Origin: Planktomarina sp.
GTDB lineage: Bacteria > Pseudomonadota > Alphaproteobacteria > Rhodobacterales > Rhodobacteraceae
Direction: 5' to 3'
NCBI GenBank assembly: GCA_020629775.1
Contig: JAHDCP010000002.1
Location: 17,433 to 81,432, forward strand
Length of the DNA stretch: 64,000 nucleotides
Shown here: positions 25,996-34,228 of the stretch, piece after piece
Numbering within the stretch: position 1 is the first letter of the stretch
Layout of the letters: every line of letters starts with the position of its first letter
Position numbers and translations under genes: made by a program
The notes under the pieces: generated by a model
Databases searched by the model: none
Seen by the model: the letters and a program-made list of their open reading frames with translations, nothing else
What the model was told of the DNA's origin: nothing

Positions 25996-27159
25996 ATGGT
26001 TCTGAACATTTTCAAATCTGCCAATGCCCAACCGGCGGAAGTCAAAGCATCCGCCGCTGGGCGGGTGATTTCTTATCATTCGTCGGGCCGGGTGGTCTGG
26101 TCGCCGCGCGATGCGGTGTCCATGGTGCGCAACGGATTCCAAGGCAACCCAGTGGGGTTTCGCGCGGTCCGGTTGATTGCAGAAGCCGCGTCAAACTTGC
26201 CGGTGATTTTGCAAGACGGCGCGCAACGTTTTGAAACGCATCCCGTTTTGAGCGTTTTGTCTGCCCCCAACCCCGCGCAGACCCAGTCGGATTTGTTGGA
26301 AGCCATTGCAGGCCAATTGGTGTTGTCCGGTAACGCCTATATCGAACAGGTGCTGGGCAGTGATGGCGCAGTGATTGAACTGCATGTTCTGCGATCTGAT
26401 CGCATGTCCGTGGTGCCCGGCAGTGATGGCTGGCCCGTGGCCTATGAATACGCCGTCGGCGGGCGCAAGCACCGCTTTGACATGATCAGTGGCACGCCAA
26501 TTTGCCATATCAAATCCTTCCACCCGCTGGATGATCATTATGGCCTTTCCCCGTTCCAAGCAGCGGCCCAAGCCGTGGATGTCCACAATGCCGCGTCCAG
26601 TTGGTCAAAGGCGTTGCTGGACAATGCGGCCCGTCCATCTGGGGCGATCGTTTATAAGGGGGCTGATGGCGAAGGCCAATTGTCCTCCGATCAATACGAT
26701 CGTTTGGTGGGCGAAATGGAAGCCCATCACCAAGGGGCCCGTAATGCAGGCCGGCCCATGCTGTTGGAAGGCGGCCTTGATTGGAAGCCCATGGGGTTCA
26801 GCCCATCTGACATGGAATTCCAAAAAACCAAGGAAGCTGCAGCCCGCGAAATCGCCACCGCTTTTGGTGTGCCCCCCATGTTGATGGGCATCCCGGGCGA
26901 TGCGACCTATGCCAACTATGCCGAAGCCAACCGGGCGTTTTACCGGCATACTGTTTTGCCCCTGGCAGACCGTGTGGTGGCAGCACTTTCGAACTGGTTG
27001 GTGGGCCCAGATGCTCAGTTGAAAGTGGATCTGGACCAGGTGCCTGCATTGGCCACGGAACGGGATGCGCAATGGAAACGCATCACCGGTGCTGACTTCC
27101 TGTCAGAAGCCGAAAAACGCCAACTGCTGGGTTTGCCTGCGGGGGCTGCAGATGACTGA
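25996..27159 (+). CDS. g3: GTA g3, portal protein (HK97 family)
   Basis: Portal-family motifs (LSGNAYIEQV, PSDMEFQKTKEAAAREIATAFGVPPMLMG). The ATG at 25996 is 5 nt after GGAGGG; the track start at 25984 is a TTG. Confidence 0.9.
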   Translation: MVLNIFKSANAQPAEVKASAAGRVISYHSSGRVVWSPRDAVSMVRNGFQGNPVGFRAVRLIAEAASNLPVILQDGAQRFETHPVLSVLSAPNPAQTQSDLLEAIAGQLVLSGNAYIEQVLGSDGAVIELHVLRSDRMSVVPGSDGWPVAYEYAVGGRKHRFDMISGTPICHIKSFHPLDDHYGLSPFQAAAQAVDVHNAASSWSKALLDNAARPSGAIVYKGADGEGQLSSDQYDRLVGEMEAHHQGARNAGRPMLLEGGLDWKPMGFSPSDMEFQKTKEAAAREIATAFGVPPMLMGIPGDATYANYAEANRAFYRHTVLPLADRVVAALSNWLVGPDAQLKVDLDQVPALATERDAQWKRITGADFLSEAEKRQLLGLPAGAADD

Positions 27160-27388
27160 CACCCAAGATTTCCGCCTGGCCTATGACCCCAAGATGTTTG
27201 ACCCCGCCGTCCGGATAGAGGCGAACGAACGTTTGGCCGCGCTTCAATTTGAGATGCTGAACACCCGTTTGGACCGCATCGAAGAAGCGATGGAACGACT
27301 GGAAAAACGGCTTTGGCTGACTGTGTTTGGCGTGGCTGCGGCCATTCTGACCCAAGCGTTCCAATCCTTTATGACCGTCACCCCTTAA
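27152..27388 (+). CDS. GTA g3.5, small coiled-coil protein with C-terminal TM helix
   Basis: 78 aa, MTDTQDFRLAYDPKMF...RLEKRLWLTVFGVAAAILTQAFQSFMTVTP. The ATG overlaps the portal 3' end by 8 nt. Same position as g3.5 in RcGTA-type clusters. Confidence 0.6.
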   Translation: MTDTQDFRLAYDPKMFDPAVRIEANERLAALQFEMLNTRLDRIEEAMERLEKRLWLTVFGVAAAILTQAFQSFMTVTP

Positions 27389-27405
27389 CCCCAAGGACCG
27401 ACACT

Positions 27406-27984
27406 ATGACTGATACCTTCGGGCTGGAACACAAGTTCAGCCGTATCGAAACTGTTGCCCAAAACGAAGATGCCATGGCCATCGAAGGCTATGCCAGCTT
27501 CTTTGGCAAACCCGACCAAAGCCGTGATGTGGTGGCCCAAGGGGCCTATGCCAAGTCCTTGAAAACACTGAAAGATGCGGGCCGAAGCGTGAAAATGCTG
27601 TGGCAGCATGATCCGGCCCAGCCCATCGGCGTTTGGGACGAGGTGCGCGAAGATGACCGCGGTTTGTACGTGAAGGGCCGCCTTTTGCCCGGCGTGCCCC
27701 GGGCCGCGGAAGCCGCAAGTCTGTTGCAAGCGGGCGCCATGGACGGGCTGTCCATCGGGTACCGCACAGTCAAATCCCACAAAGACGGGCAGGGCCAGCG
27801 CATCTTGGATGAGTTGGAGTTGTGGGAAGTGTCTTTGGTGACATTCCCGATGCTGCCTGAAGCGCGCATCGGTGCCAAGTCCGACACCCCCGAACCGATT
27901 TCCGAAATTGCCCAGGCGTTTGAGATGGCCCGGGCGATGCTGGCCGAAGTTGCGGCCCCAACCCCATCAAAGGATACCATTTGA
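27406..27984 (+). CDS. g4: GTA g4, prohead maturation protease (HK97 family)
   Basis: IEGYASFFGKPDQSRDVV...LWQHD...GLSIGY is the HK97 prohead protease pattern. ATG at 27406; the track ORF opens at 27313. Confidence 0.9.
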   Translation: MTDTFGLEHKFSRIETVAQNEDAMAIEGYASFFGKPDQSRDVVAQGAYAKSLKTLKDAGRSVKMLWQHDPAQPIGVWDEVREDDRGLYVKGRLLPGVPRAAEAASLLQAGAMDGLSIGYRTVKSHKDGQGQRILDELELWEVSLVTFPMLPEARIGAKSDTPEPISEIAQAFEMARAMLAEVAAPTPSKDTI

Positions 27985-29165
27985 TGACACACCCTGAGAC
28001 CAAAGCTCAGACCGGGGCGCCCGCGTCACCGGCTGCTGAGATGAAGACGGCCCTGGCCGGATTCGTCACAGATCTGAGCCATTTCAAATCTGACATTCAA
28101 ACCCAACTTACAAAACAGGAAGAGCGACTGATGATGATGGATCGCAAATCGGCAAGCCTGGCCCGTCCGGCTTTGGCCACATCGGCCCAGGCCGATGCCC
28201 CCCACCAAAAAGCCTTTAACGCGTATTTGCGTTCTGGTGATGACGACGCGCTGCGTGGTCTGGAACTGGACGGCAAAGCCATGTCCACAGCCGTGGCCGG
28301 TGACGGTGGTTACCTGGTGGACCCTGAAACGGCTGCTAACATTCAATCCGTTCTGCAAGGCACAGCGTCCCTGCGGGCCATCGCCAATGTGGTGAATGTG
28401 GAATCCACGTCGTTTGACGTGTTGGTGGATCACACGGATGTGGGCACGGGCTGGGCGTCTGAAACAGGCAGCCAAGCAGAAACAGGCACGCCGTCTGTGG
28501 ACCGGATCACCATTCCTTTGCATGAGCTGTCCGCTTTGCCCAAAGCATCGCAGCGTTTGCTGGACGACAGCGCGTTTGATGTGGAAAGCTGGTTGGCTGG
28601 CAAAATCGCTGACAAATTTGCCCGCGCGGAATCCAATGCCTTTATCAATGGGGACGGCGTGGACAAACCGGTTGGTTTCTTGACCCACACCATCGTGGAC
28701 AACGCCAGCTGGGCCTGGGGCGACATCGGTTATGTTCCCACAGGTGTTGCGGGTGATTTGAACACCGGCGATGAAATCATCGACCTGGTGTATGCTTTGG
28801 GTGCCGATTACCGCGCCAACGGCAGCTTTGTGATGAATTCCAAAACCGCCGGGGCCGTGCGCAAGTTGAAAGACAACGATGGTCGTTTCTTGTGGTCTGA
28901 TGGCTTGGCTGCGGGCGAACCTGCGCGTTTGCTGGGATATCCGGTGGTGATTGCCGAAGACATGCCTGACATCGCTGCTGGCGCCTACGCCATCGCGTTT
29001 GGTGATTTTGCCAAAGGGTACACCGTGGCTGAACGCCCCGACACGCGCATTCTGCGCGATCCGTTTTCTGCCAAACCGCACGTTCTGTTTTACGCCACCA
29101 AGCGCGTGGGCGGTGACGTCAGCGATTTTGCGGCGATCAAGTTGCTGAAATTCGATGTGTCGTAA
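27984..29165 (+). CDS. g5: GTA g5, major capsid protein (HK97 fold)
   Basis: About 393 aa with an N-terminal delta-domain-like coiled coil, then VAGDGGYLVDPE... The start ATG shares 1 nt with the g4 stop (TGATG). Confidence 0.92.
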   Translation: MTHPETKAQTGAPASPAAEMKTALAGFVTDLSHFKSDIQTQLTKQEERLMMMDRKSASLARPALATSAQADAPHQKAFNAYLRSGDDDALRGLELDGKAMSTAVAGDGGYLVDPETAANIQSVLQGTASLRAIANVVNVESTSFDVLVDHTDVGTGWASETGSQAETGTPSVDRITIPLHELSALPKASQRLLDDSAFDVESWLAGKIADKFARAESNAFINGDGVDKPVGFLTHTIVDNASWAWGDIGYVPTGVAGDLNTGDEIIDLVYALGADYRANGSFVMNSKTAGAVRKLKDNDGRFLWSDGLAAGEPARLLGYPVVIAEDMPDIAAGAYAIAFGDFAKGYTVAERPDTRILRDPFSAKPHVLFYATKRVGGDVSDFAAIKLLKFDVS

Positions 29166-29333
29166 GATGCGTTGAATGGGGTGTGGGCCTTCGGGCCGCA
29201 CCTCGCGGGCGCGCGCCCTTCCTTTTGAAAGCGTTGTCTAGCTGCTCCCCCTCCGTCCGAGCAACGCTTTGCGGTCGCGCGCCCGTTCTTTTTGTCGCCC
29301 CGAGGGGGCCCGTAACTTCGGAGCCTGTGAAAG

Positions 29334-29933
29334 ATGATGTTAGTCGAAGAGACCACGATCCCGTCCACCGCTTTGCCCGTGGAACCGTTCAAGGATCACC
29401 TGCGCCTGGGCACAGGCTTTGCCGATGATGGGGTTCAAGACACCGTGCTGGAAAGCTTTTTGCGCGCGGCCCTGGCGGCCCTTGAGGCGCGCACCGGCAA
29501 GATCCTTTTAACCCGCGAATTTTCTTGGGGCCTGACGGATTGGCGCGATCGGTGTTCCCAACCGTTGCCCGTGGCCCCCATCACAGGGCTTGTATCCCTG
29601 ACGATGCTGGACCGCGCCGGAAATGCCAGCCCCTTGGCGATCAGTGATTTCGCGTTGGAACAAGATCACCACCGCCCGCGCTTGGCAGCCACCACGGGGC
29701 TTTTGCCTGCCATCACGCCGCGCGGTTCCATCAACATTCGATTTACCGCTGGGTTTGCCGCGTCGTTTGACGCATTGCCCGCGGATTTGTCCCAAGCCGT
29801 GCTGATGTTGGCATCCCATTATTATGACAATCGCAATGCGCTGGGCATTCCCGACACGTCCTTGCCCTTCGGTGTGGCGGTCCTGGTGGAACGCTACAAA
29901 ACCGTGCGGATACTGGGGGGCGGGGTGCAATGA
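29334..29933 (+). CDS. g6: GTA g6, head-tail connector/adaptor (phage gp6-like)
   Basis: 199 aa in the first position after the capsid. ...AVLMLASHYYDNR... is typical of gp6-like connectors. Confidence 0.8.
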   Translation: MMLVEETTIPSTALPVEPFKDHLRLGTGFADDGVQDTVLESFLRAALAALEARTGKILLTREFSWGLTDWRDRCSQPLPVAPITGLVSLTMLDRAGNASPLAISDFALEQDHHRPRLAATTGLLPAITPRGSINIRFTAGFAASFDALPADLSQAVLMLASHYYDNRNALGIPDTSLPFGVAVLVERYKTVRILGGGVQ

Positions 29934-30262
29934 CCCAACTGAACCGCCGCTTGATTTTGGAAGAAAAAGTTCAAACCGCCGATGGTGCGGGGGGCTTTGT
30001 TGAAACTTGGATTCCGCTGGGCACCACATGGGCCGCGCTTCGCGCTGGCAACGGCGGCGAAGGCGAGGTGGACCACCTGCGCCAATCGCAAACATCTGTG
30101 GCCATCACAGTGCGGGCTGCCCCCTTCGGTGCGCCATCACGCCCCAAAGCAGGCCAAAGATTTGCCGAAGGCATTCGCCTGTTTGAAATCCACGCAGTCG
30201 TGGAACGCGACCCCACCGGCCGGTTCTTGGACTGCCTGTGCACCGAGGAGGTGTTGACATGA
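29930..30262 (+). CDS. g7: GTA g7, head completion/stopper protein (head-tail adaptor family)
   Basis: 110 aa, with an ATGA overlap with g6. Size and order match RcGTA g7. Confidence 0.75.
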   Translation: MTQLNRRLILEEKVQTADGAGGFVETWIPLGTTWAALRAGNGGEGEVDHLRQSQTSVAITVRAAPFGAPSRPKAGQRFAEGIRLFEIHAVVERDPTGRFLDCLCTEEVLT

Positions 30263-30669
30263 CCTATGCCGTTGGAAGTGCCCTGCAAGCTGCGGTTTAT
30301 GCCCAACTGACAAATGATGCGCCACTGGTGGCATTGGTGGGGGCTGATATTTACGATGCCACCCCGCCCGGAACGCCGCCCAACACATATGTCACTTTGG
30401 GTCCGGAGGACGTGAAGGATGCGTCAGATGTCTGTGCTGACGGTGCTTTCCATGAATTCTCCGTATCGGTGGTGACGGACCAAGCGGGCTTTCAAACCGC
30501 CAAAGACATTGCAGCGGCGATCTGTGACGCGTTGGTGGGGGCGGATCTGACCCTGACGCGTGGGTCGTTGGTGGCCCTTTGGTTCCTGCGCGCCAAAGCC
30601 GCGCGGTCGGACAATGGCACAACGCGCCGCGTGGATTTGGTGTTCCGCGCCCGGGTTCAAGACAATTGA
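30259..30669 (+). CDS. g8: GTA g8, tail terminator (DUF3168 family)
   Basis: 136 aa, with an ATGA overlap with g7. MTYAVGSALQAAVYAQLTNDAPL... is a typical DUF3168 N-terminus. Confidence 0.75.
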   Translation: MTYAVGSALQAAVYAQLTNDAPLVALVGADIYDATPPGTPPNTYVTLGPEDVKDASDVCADGAFHEFSVSVVTDQAGFQTAKDIAAAICDALVGADLTLTRGSLVALWFLRAKAARSDNGTTRRVDLVFRARVQDN

Positions 30670-30692
30670 TTTTTCTGAAGGAGATTTAAGAC

Positions 30693-31106
30693 ATGGCTGC
30701 TCAAAATGGTCGCGACCTGTTGTTGAAGGTCGATATGGATGGGAACGGTCTGTTCCAAACGGTGGCGGGGCTGCGCGCCACGCGCATCAGCTTCAATGCT
30801 GAAACGGTGGATGTCACCAATTTGGACAGCCAAGATGGCTGGCGTGAACTGCTGGGGGGTGCTGGCGTGAAATCGGCGTCGATTTCTGGGGCAGGCGTGT
30901 TCAAAGACGAACTGACCGATGGCCGCATTCGCGAGATTTTCTTCGACAGCGCAACGCCGAATTTCGAAATTATCGTGCCAGATTTCGGCGTTATCGAAGG
31001 CCCCTTCCAGGTGGCAAGCTTGGAATATGCAGGCACGCATAATGGCGAAGCCACTTACGACATGTCGTTGGCGTCTGCGGGTCTGCTGCAGTTTGTGGCC
31101 CTGTAA
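30693..31106 (+). CDS. g9: GTA g9, major tail (tube) protein, TP901-1 type
   Basis: 137 aa, GRDLLLKVD...FQTVAGLRATRISFNAETVDVTN. A strong AAGGAG lies 10 nt upstream. Confidence 0.85.
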   Translation: MAAQNGRDLLLKVDMDGNGLFQTVAGLRATRISFNAETVDVTNLDSQDGWRELLGGAGVKSASISGAGVFKDELTDGRIREIFFDSATPNFEIIVPDFGVIEGPFQVASLEYAGTHNGEATYDMSLASAGLLQFVAL

Positions 31107-31429
31107 TGGGCAACCCATACGCGGGCGAAGTGACCCTGACGGTCAACGGCACGTCCCAGGTCTGCAAGTTGACCTTGGGCGCTTTGGCCGAACTGGAAAC
31201 CAGCATGAACGGCGACACGCTGTTTGGTTTGATTGAACGGTTCGACACCATGGGGTTTTCCGCCCGCGATGTCCTATCGGTTTTGGCCGCAGGACTGCGG
31301 GGCGGCGGCTGGGCTGGCACCACCGGTGATCTGCTGACCGCAGAGATCGAAGGAGGGCCCATTGCCGCAGGGCAAGCGGCGGCCCGTTTGTTGGCCCTGG
31401 CCTTCGCCCCGCCACAGGATGATGCGTGA
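31106..31429 (+). CDS. g10: GTA g10, tail assembly chaperone
   Basis: 107 aa. The start overlaps the g9 stop (TAATG). It sits between the tube and tape-measure genes. Confidence 0.7.
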   Translation: MGNPYAGEVTLTVNGTSQVCKLTLGALAELETSMNGDTLFGLIERFDTMGFSARDVLSVLAAGLRGGGWAGTTGDLLTAEIEGGPIAAGQAAARLLALAFAPPQDDA

Positions 31430-31641
31430 TGTTGGCATGGGCCGCCATGCACCGGGCTGGGTTGTCCCGTCTGGGGCTGACGCCCGGCCAATTTTGGAAC
31501 CTGACACCCCATGACTTGGCGGTGATGCTGGGCCTGGATCAAGGGTCTGGCACGATGACACGGGATCGCCTGGCCACCTTGATGGATGCGTTCCCAGACA
31601 CTGGCCCTGAACCCGAAGAAGGACAAGATGATGGCATATAA
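31429..31641 (+). CDS. GTA g10.1, second tail chaperone-like protein
   Basis: 70 aa with an acidic C-terminus. It is in the -1 frame relative to g10 and starts at a TGATG junction (GTG 31426 is an alternative start). Confidence 0.6.
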   Translation: MLAWAAMHRAGLSRLGLTPGQFWNLTPHDLAVMLGLDQGSGTMTRDRLATLMDAFPDTGPEPEEGQDDGI

Positions 31642-32269
31642 TGATGAATTGGACGGTTTGGTGGATGGCCTTGCCAGCACCACAGACATTATCGCCGCCT
31701 TTACCGGCGAACTGGAACAGTTGCAGGCCACGGCAGAGCGCACGAAAACCGGTGTTTCGTCCCTGGAACGGTCCATGTCTGGTGGTTTGCGCAAAGCTTT
31801 TGATGGCGTGGTTTTGGATGGGTACAAACTTTCTGATGCCTTGGCTGTGGTGGGAAAATCCATTGCCAACACAGCGTATAACGCAGCACTTAAACCCGTG
31901 ACGGATCATTTTGGCGGCCTGTTGGCCTCAGGCATCAACGGGCTGTTTGGGGGAGCGTTCGCCAAGGGCGCTGTGATATCCCAAGGCAGCGTCCAGGCCT
32001 TTGCCAAGGGCGGTGTCATCGATGGCCCCGCCACGTTCCCGATGAAAAGTGGGATCGGGTTGATGGGCGAAGCAGGCCCCGAAGCGATCATGCCGCTGAC
32101 CCGCGGTGCAGATGGCAAACTGGGGGTCAAAGCCCAAGGCGGGCGGGCCCAAGCAGTGCATGTCACCATGAACATTTCGACCCCTGATGTGCAGGGGTTC
32201 CAACGCAGCCAAAGCCAAGTGGCGGCGCAAATGGCACGCGCGTTGTCGCGCGGCCAACGCAATTCTTGA
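31628..32269 (+). CDS. g11: GTA g11, short tail tape measure protein
   Basis: 213 aa with an N-terminal helical region and the LMGEAGPEAIMPL motif common in tape measure proteins. ATG at 31628 (or 31631). Confidence 0.85.
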   Translation: MMAYNDELDGLVDGLASTTDIIAAFTGELEQLQATAERTKTGVSSLERSMSGGLRKAFDGVVLDGYKLSDALAVVGKSIANTAYNAALKPVTDHFGGLLASGINGLFGGAFAKGAVISQGSVQAFAKGGVIDGPATFPMKSGIGLMGEAGPEAIMPLTRGADGKLGVKAQGGRAQAVHVTMNISTPDVQGFQRSQSQVAAQMARALSRGQRNS

Positions 32270-32282
32270 GGGAGCCGGGACC

Positions 32283-32915
32283 ATGGCATTTCACGACGTA
32301 CAATTTCCCACCAATCTGTCCTTTGGATCCACAGGTGGCCCCGAACGGCGCACCGAAATTGTGACGCTGGCCAACGGGTTCGAAGAACGCAACACGCCTT
32401 GGGAACATTCCCGGCGGCGATACGATGCGGGGGCATCTTTGCGGTCTTTGACAGATGTTGAGGACGTATTGCAGTTTTTTGAAGCCCGCCGTGGCCCGCT
32501 GCATGCCTTTCGGTGGAAGGACTGGGCGGATTACAAATCCAAAGCGGCCGACCGCGAGATTGAACACATCGATCAAGTGCTGGGCACAGGCGACGGTGTG
32601 GTCACCCAGTTCCAATTGGTCAAACGATATGCTTCGGGCGATGATTTTTATATCCGGCCCATCCGCAAGCCCGTTTTGGGCACGGTACAAGTGGCCATCG
32701 GTGATGTGCCGCAAGTGGAAACCGTGGATTACACAGTTGACTACACCACTGGCGTCGTAACCTTTCTGCACCCGGCCGATGAACATGCCGAAGTCACTGC
32801 CGGGTTCGAATTTGATGTGCCCGTTCGCTTTGACACAGATCAGATCGTAACGTCTGTGGACACGTTCAACGCAGGCCAAGTGCCCGACATCCCAGTGGTG
32901 GAGGTGCGGGTATGA
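32283..32915 (+). CDS. g12: GTA g12, distal tail protein (DUF2460/TIGR02217 family)
   Basis: MAFHDVQFPTNLSFGSTGGPERRTEIV... is the conserved N-terminus of this family. Confidence 0.85.
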   Translation: MAFHDVQFPTNLSFGSTGGPERRTEIVTLANGFEERNTPWEHSRRRYDAGASLRSLTDVEDVLQFFEARRGPLHAFRWKDWADYKSKAADREIEHIDQVLGTGDGVVTQFQLVKRYASGDDFYIRPIRKPVLGTVQVAIGDVPQVETVDYTVDYTTGVVTFLHPADEHAEVTAGFEFDVPVRFDTDQIVTSVDTFNAGQVPDIPVVEVRV

Positions 32916-33793
32916 CCGTGGACGCCCTTCACGATCACCTGAAAACCGCCGTGACCACCGTGGCGCGGTGTTGGGTGATCGAACGCAAAGATGGAACGGT
33001 ATTGGGGTTCACGGATCACGATCTGGATCTGGTGGTGGACGGGCATCTGTGCACCGCTGAAACAGGCATGACTGCCCGGGCTTTGACCCAAACCACCGGG
33101 CTGTCGGTGGACAATTCCGAAGCCCAGGGTGCGTTAAGTGACGCGCGGATCACCGAAGCAGATATTAACGCGGGGCTGTATGACCGGGCTTCGGTTAAAA
33201 CATGGTTGGTGAATTGGAATGACGTAACCCAAGCCAAACTGACCTTTCAAGGAACGCTTGGTGAAATCCGCCGCAACGGCGGTGCGTTCGATGTGGAATT
33301 GCGCGGCTTGACCGAAGACCTGAATGCGCAACAGGGACGGGTGTACCAAAAGACGTGCGGCCATGTTTTGGGGGACAGTCGGTGCCAGGTGGATCTTACG
33401 GATCCCGCCAATCATATGCGCCGCCCGGTGGAGGTGATCGAAGATCGCCGTCGTTTACGGTTCACCGATGATGGCACGTACCCGCCCGGTTGGTTTTTGC
33501 GCGGCAAGCTGGTGATGGAAAGTGGCGCGGGTGAATTTTACGTTTCCTGGATTGTGCGCGATGAAGTGACAGACGGCGAACGTTTGATCGAAACTTGGGA
33601 ACCCATTCGCGCCGATGTGCAACCTGGCGACATGGTGGTGATCAACTCAGGGTGCGATGGGCGTTTGTCGGTCTGCCGCGACAAGTTCGATAACGTCATC
33701 AATTTCGGTGGGTTTCCCCATATCCCAGGGGAAGATTGGTTGATGTCCATCCCGGTGCGCAGTGGCGACAACACTGGCGGCAGTTTGTCATGA
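32912..33793 (+). CDS. g13: GTA g13, baseplate hub protein (DUF2163 + BR0599-type C-terminal domain)
   Basis: 293 aa with the C-terminal CDGRLSVCRDKFDNVINFGGFPHIPG motif. ATGA overlap with g12. Confidence 0.85.
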   Translation: MTVDALHDHLKTAVTTVARCWVIERKDGTVLGFTDHDLDLVVDGHLCTAETGMTARALTQTTGLSVDNSEAQGALSDARITEADINAGLYDRASVKTWLVNWNDVTQAKLTFQGTLGEIRRNGGAFDVELRGLTEDLNAQQGRVYQKTCGHVLGDSRCQVDLTDPANHMRRPVEVIEDRRRLRFTDDGTYPPGWFLRGKLVMESGAGEFYVSWIVRDEVTDGERLIETWEPIRADVQPGDMVVINSGCDGRLSVCRDKFDNVINFGGFPHIPGEDWLMSIPVRSGDNTGGSLS

Positions 33794-34227
33794 CATCGCC
33801 CGTGGTGGACAGCGCCCGCGCTTGGATTGGCACGCCTTATATGCACCAAGCGTCCACCAAAGGGGCAGGGTGTGACTGTTTGGGTCTAGTGCGCGGCATT
33901 TGGCGCGATCTGATTGGCCCAGAACCTGAAACGATGCCCGTTTATAGCCGGGACTGGGATGAGGTGGCCAAATCAGAGGTTCTTTGGCGTGCCAGCCTGC
34001 GCCATATGCGGCCGAAAGACATTCAAGCCGCAGCACCCGGTGACGTAGTCTTGTTTCGGATGCGGTCGGGATGTGTGGCCAAACATTTGGGCATTCAATC
34101 GGACGTGACTGACACCCCAAAATTCATTCATGCCTATGGCGGTTATGCGGTGACGGAAAGTCCCCTCAGCCGGCCATGGCAGCGCCGCATCGTGGCGCGT
34201 TTTGCATTTCCTTTGAAGGATATTTGA
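33790..34227 (+). CDS. g14: GTA g14, NlpC/P60-family cell-wall peptidase
   Basis: WIGTPYMHQASTKGAGCDCLGLVRGIW (catalytic Cys context) plus a downstream His. ATGA overlap with g13. Confidence 0.85.
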   Translation: MTSPVVDSARAWIGTPYMHQASTKGAGCDCLGLVRGIWRDLIGPEPETMPVYSRDWDEVAKSEVLWRASLRHMRPKDIQAAAPGDVVLFRMRSGCVAKHLGIQSDVTDTPKFIHAYGGYAVTESPLSRPWQRRIVARFAFPLKDI

Positions 34228-34228
34228 T

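Noticed and set aside
28026-29201. 391-aa ORF on the minus strand, antisense to the major capsid gene
   Set aside because: This is a shadow ORF in GC-rich sequence. It is Arg/Gly/His-rich with no recognisable domain or RBS, and the plus-strand capsid gene has clear HK97-type features and coupling to its neighbours.
29183-29428. 81-aa ORF spanning the capsid-g6 spacer and running into g6
   Set aside because: It has no RBS and an Arg/Pro/Ala-rich translation, and it overlaps g6 out of frame. The region is better explained as structured non-coding RNA/DNA.
31382-31429. Possible programmed -1 frameshift joining g10 to g10.1 (as in phage G/GT tail chaperones), since g10.1 is in the -1 frame
   Set aside because: The -1 frame has a TGA at 31420-31422, only three codons before the g10.1 ATG. 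The remaining g10 codons (gat gcg tga) contain no X_XXY_YYZ slippery heptamer. Independent initiation at the TGATG junction is the simpler reading.
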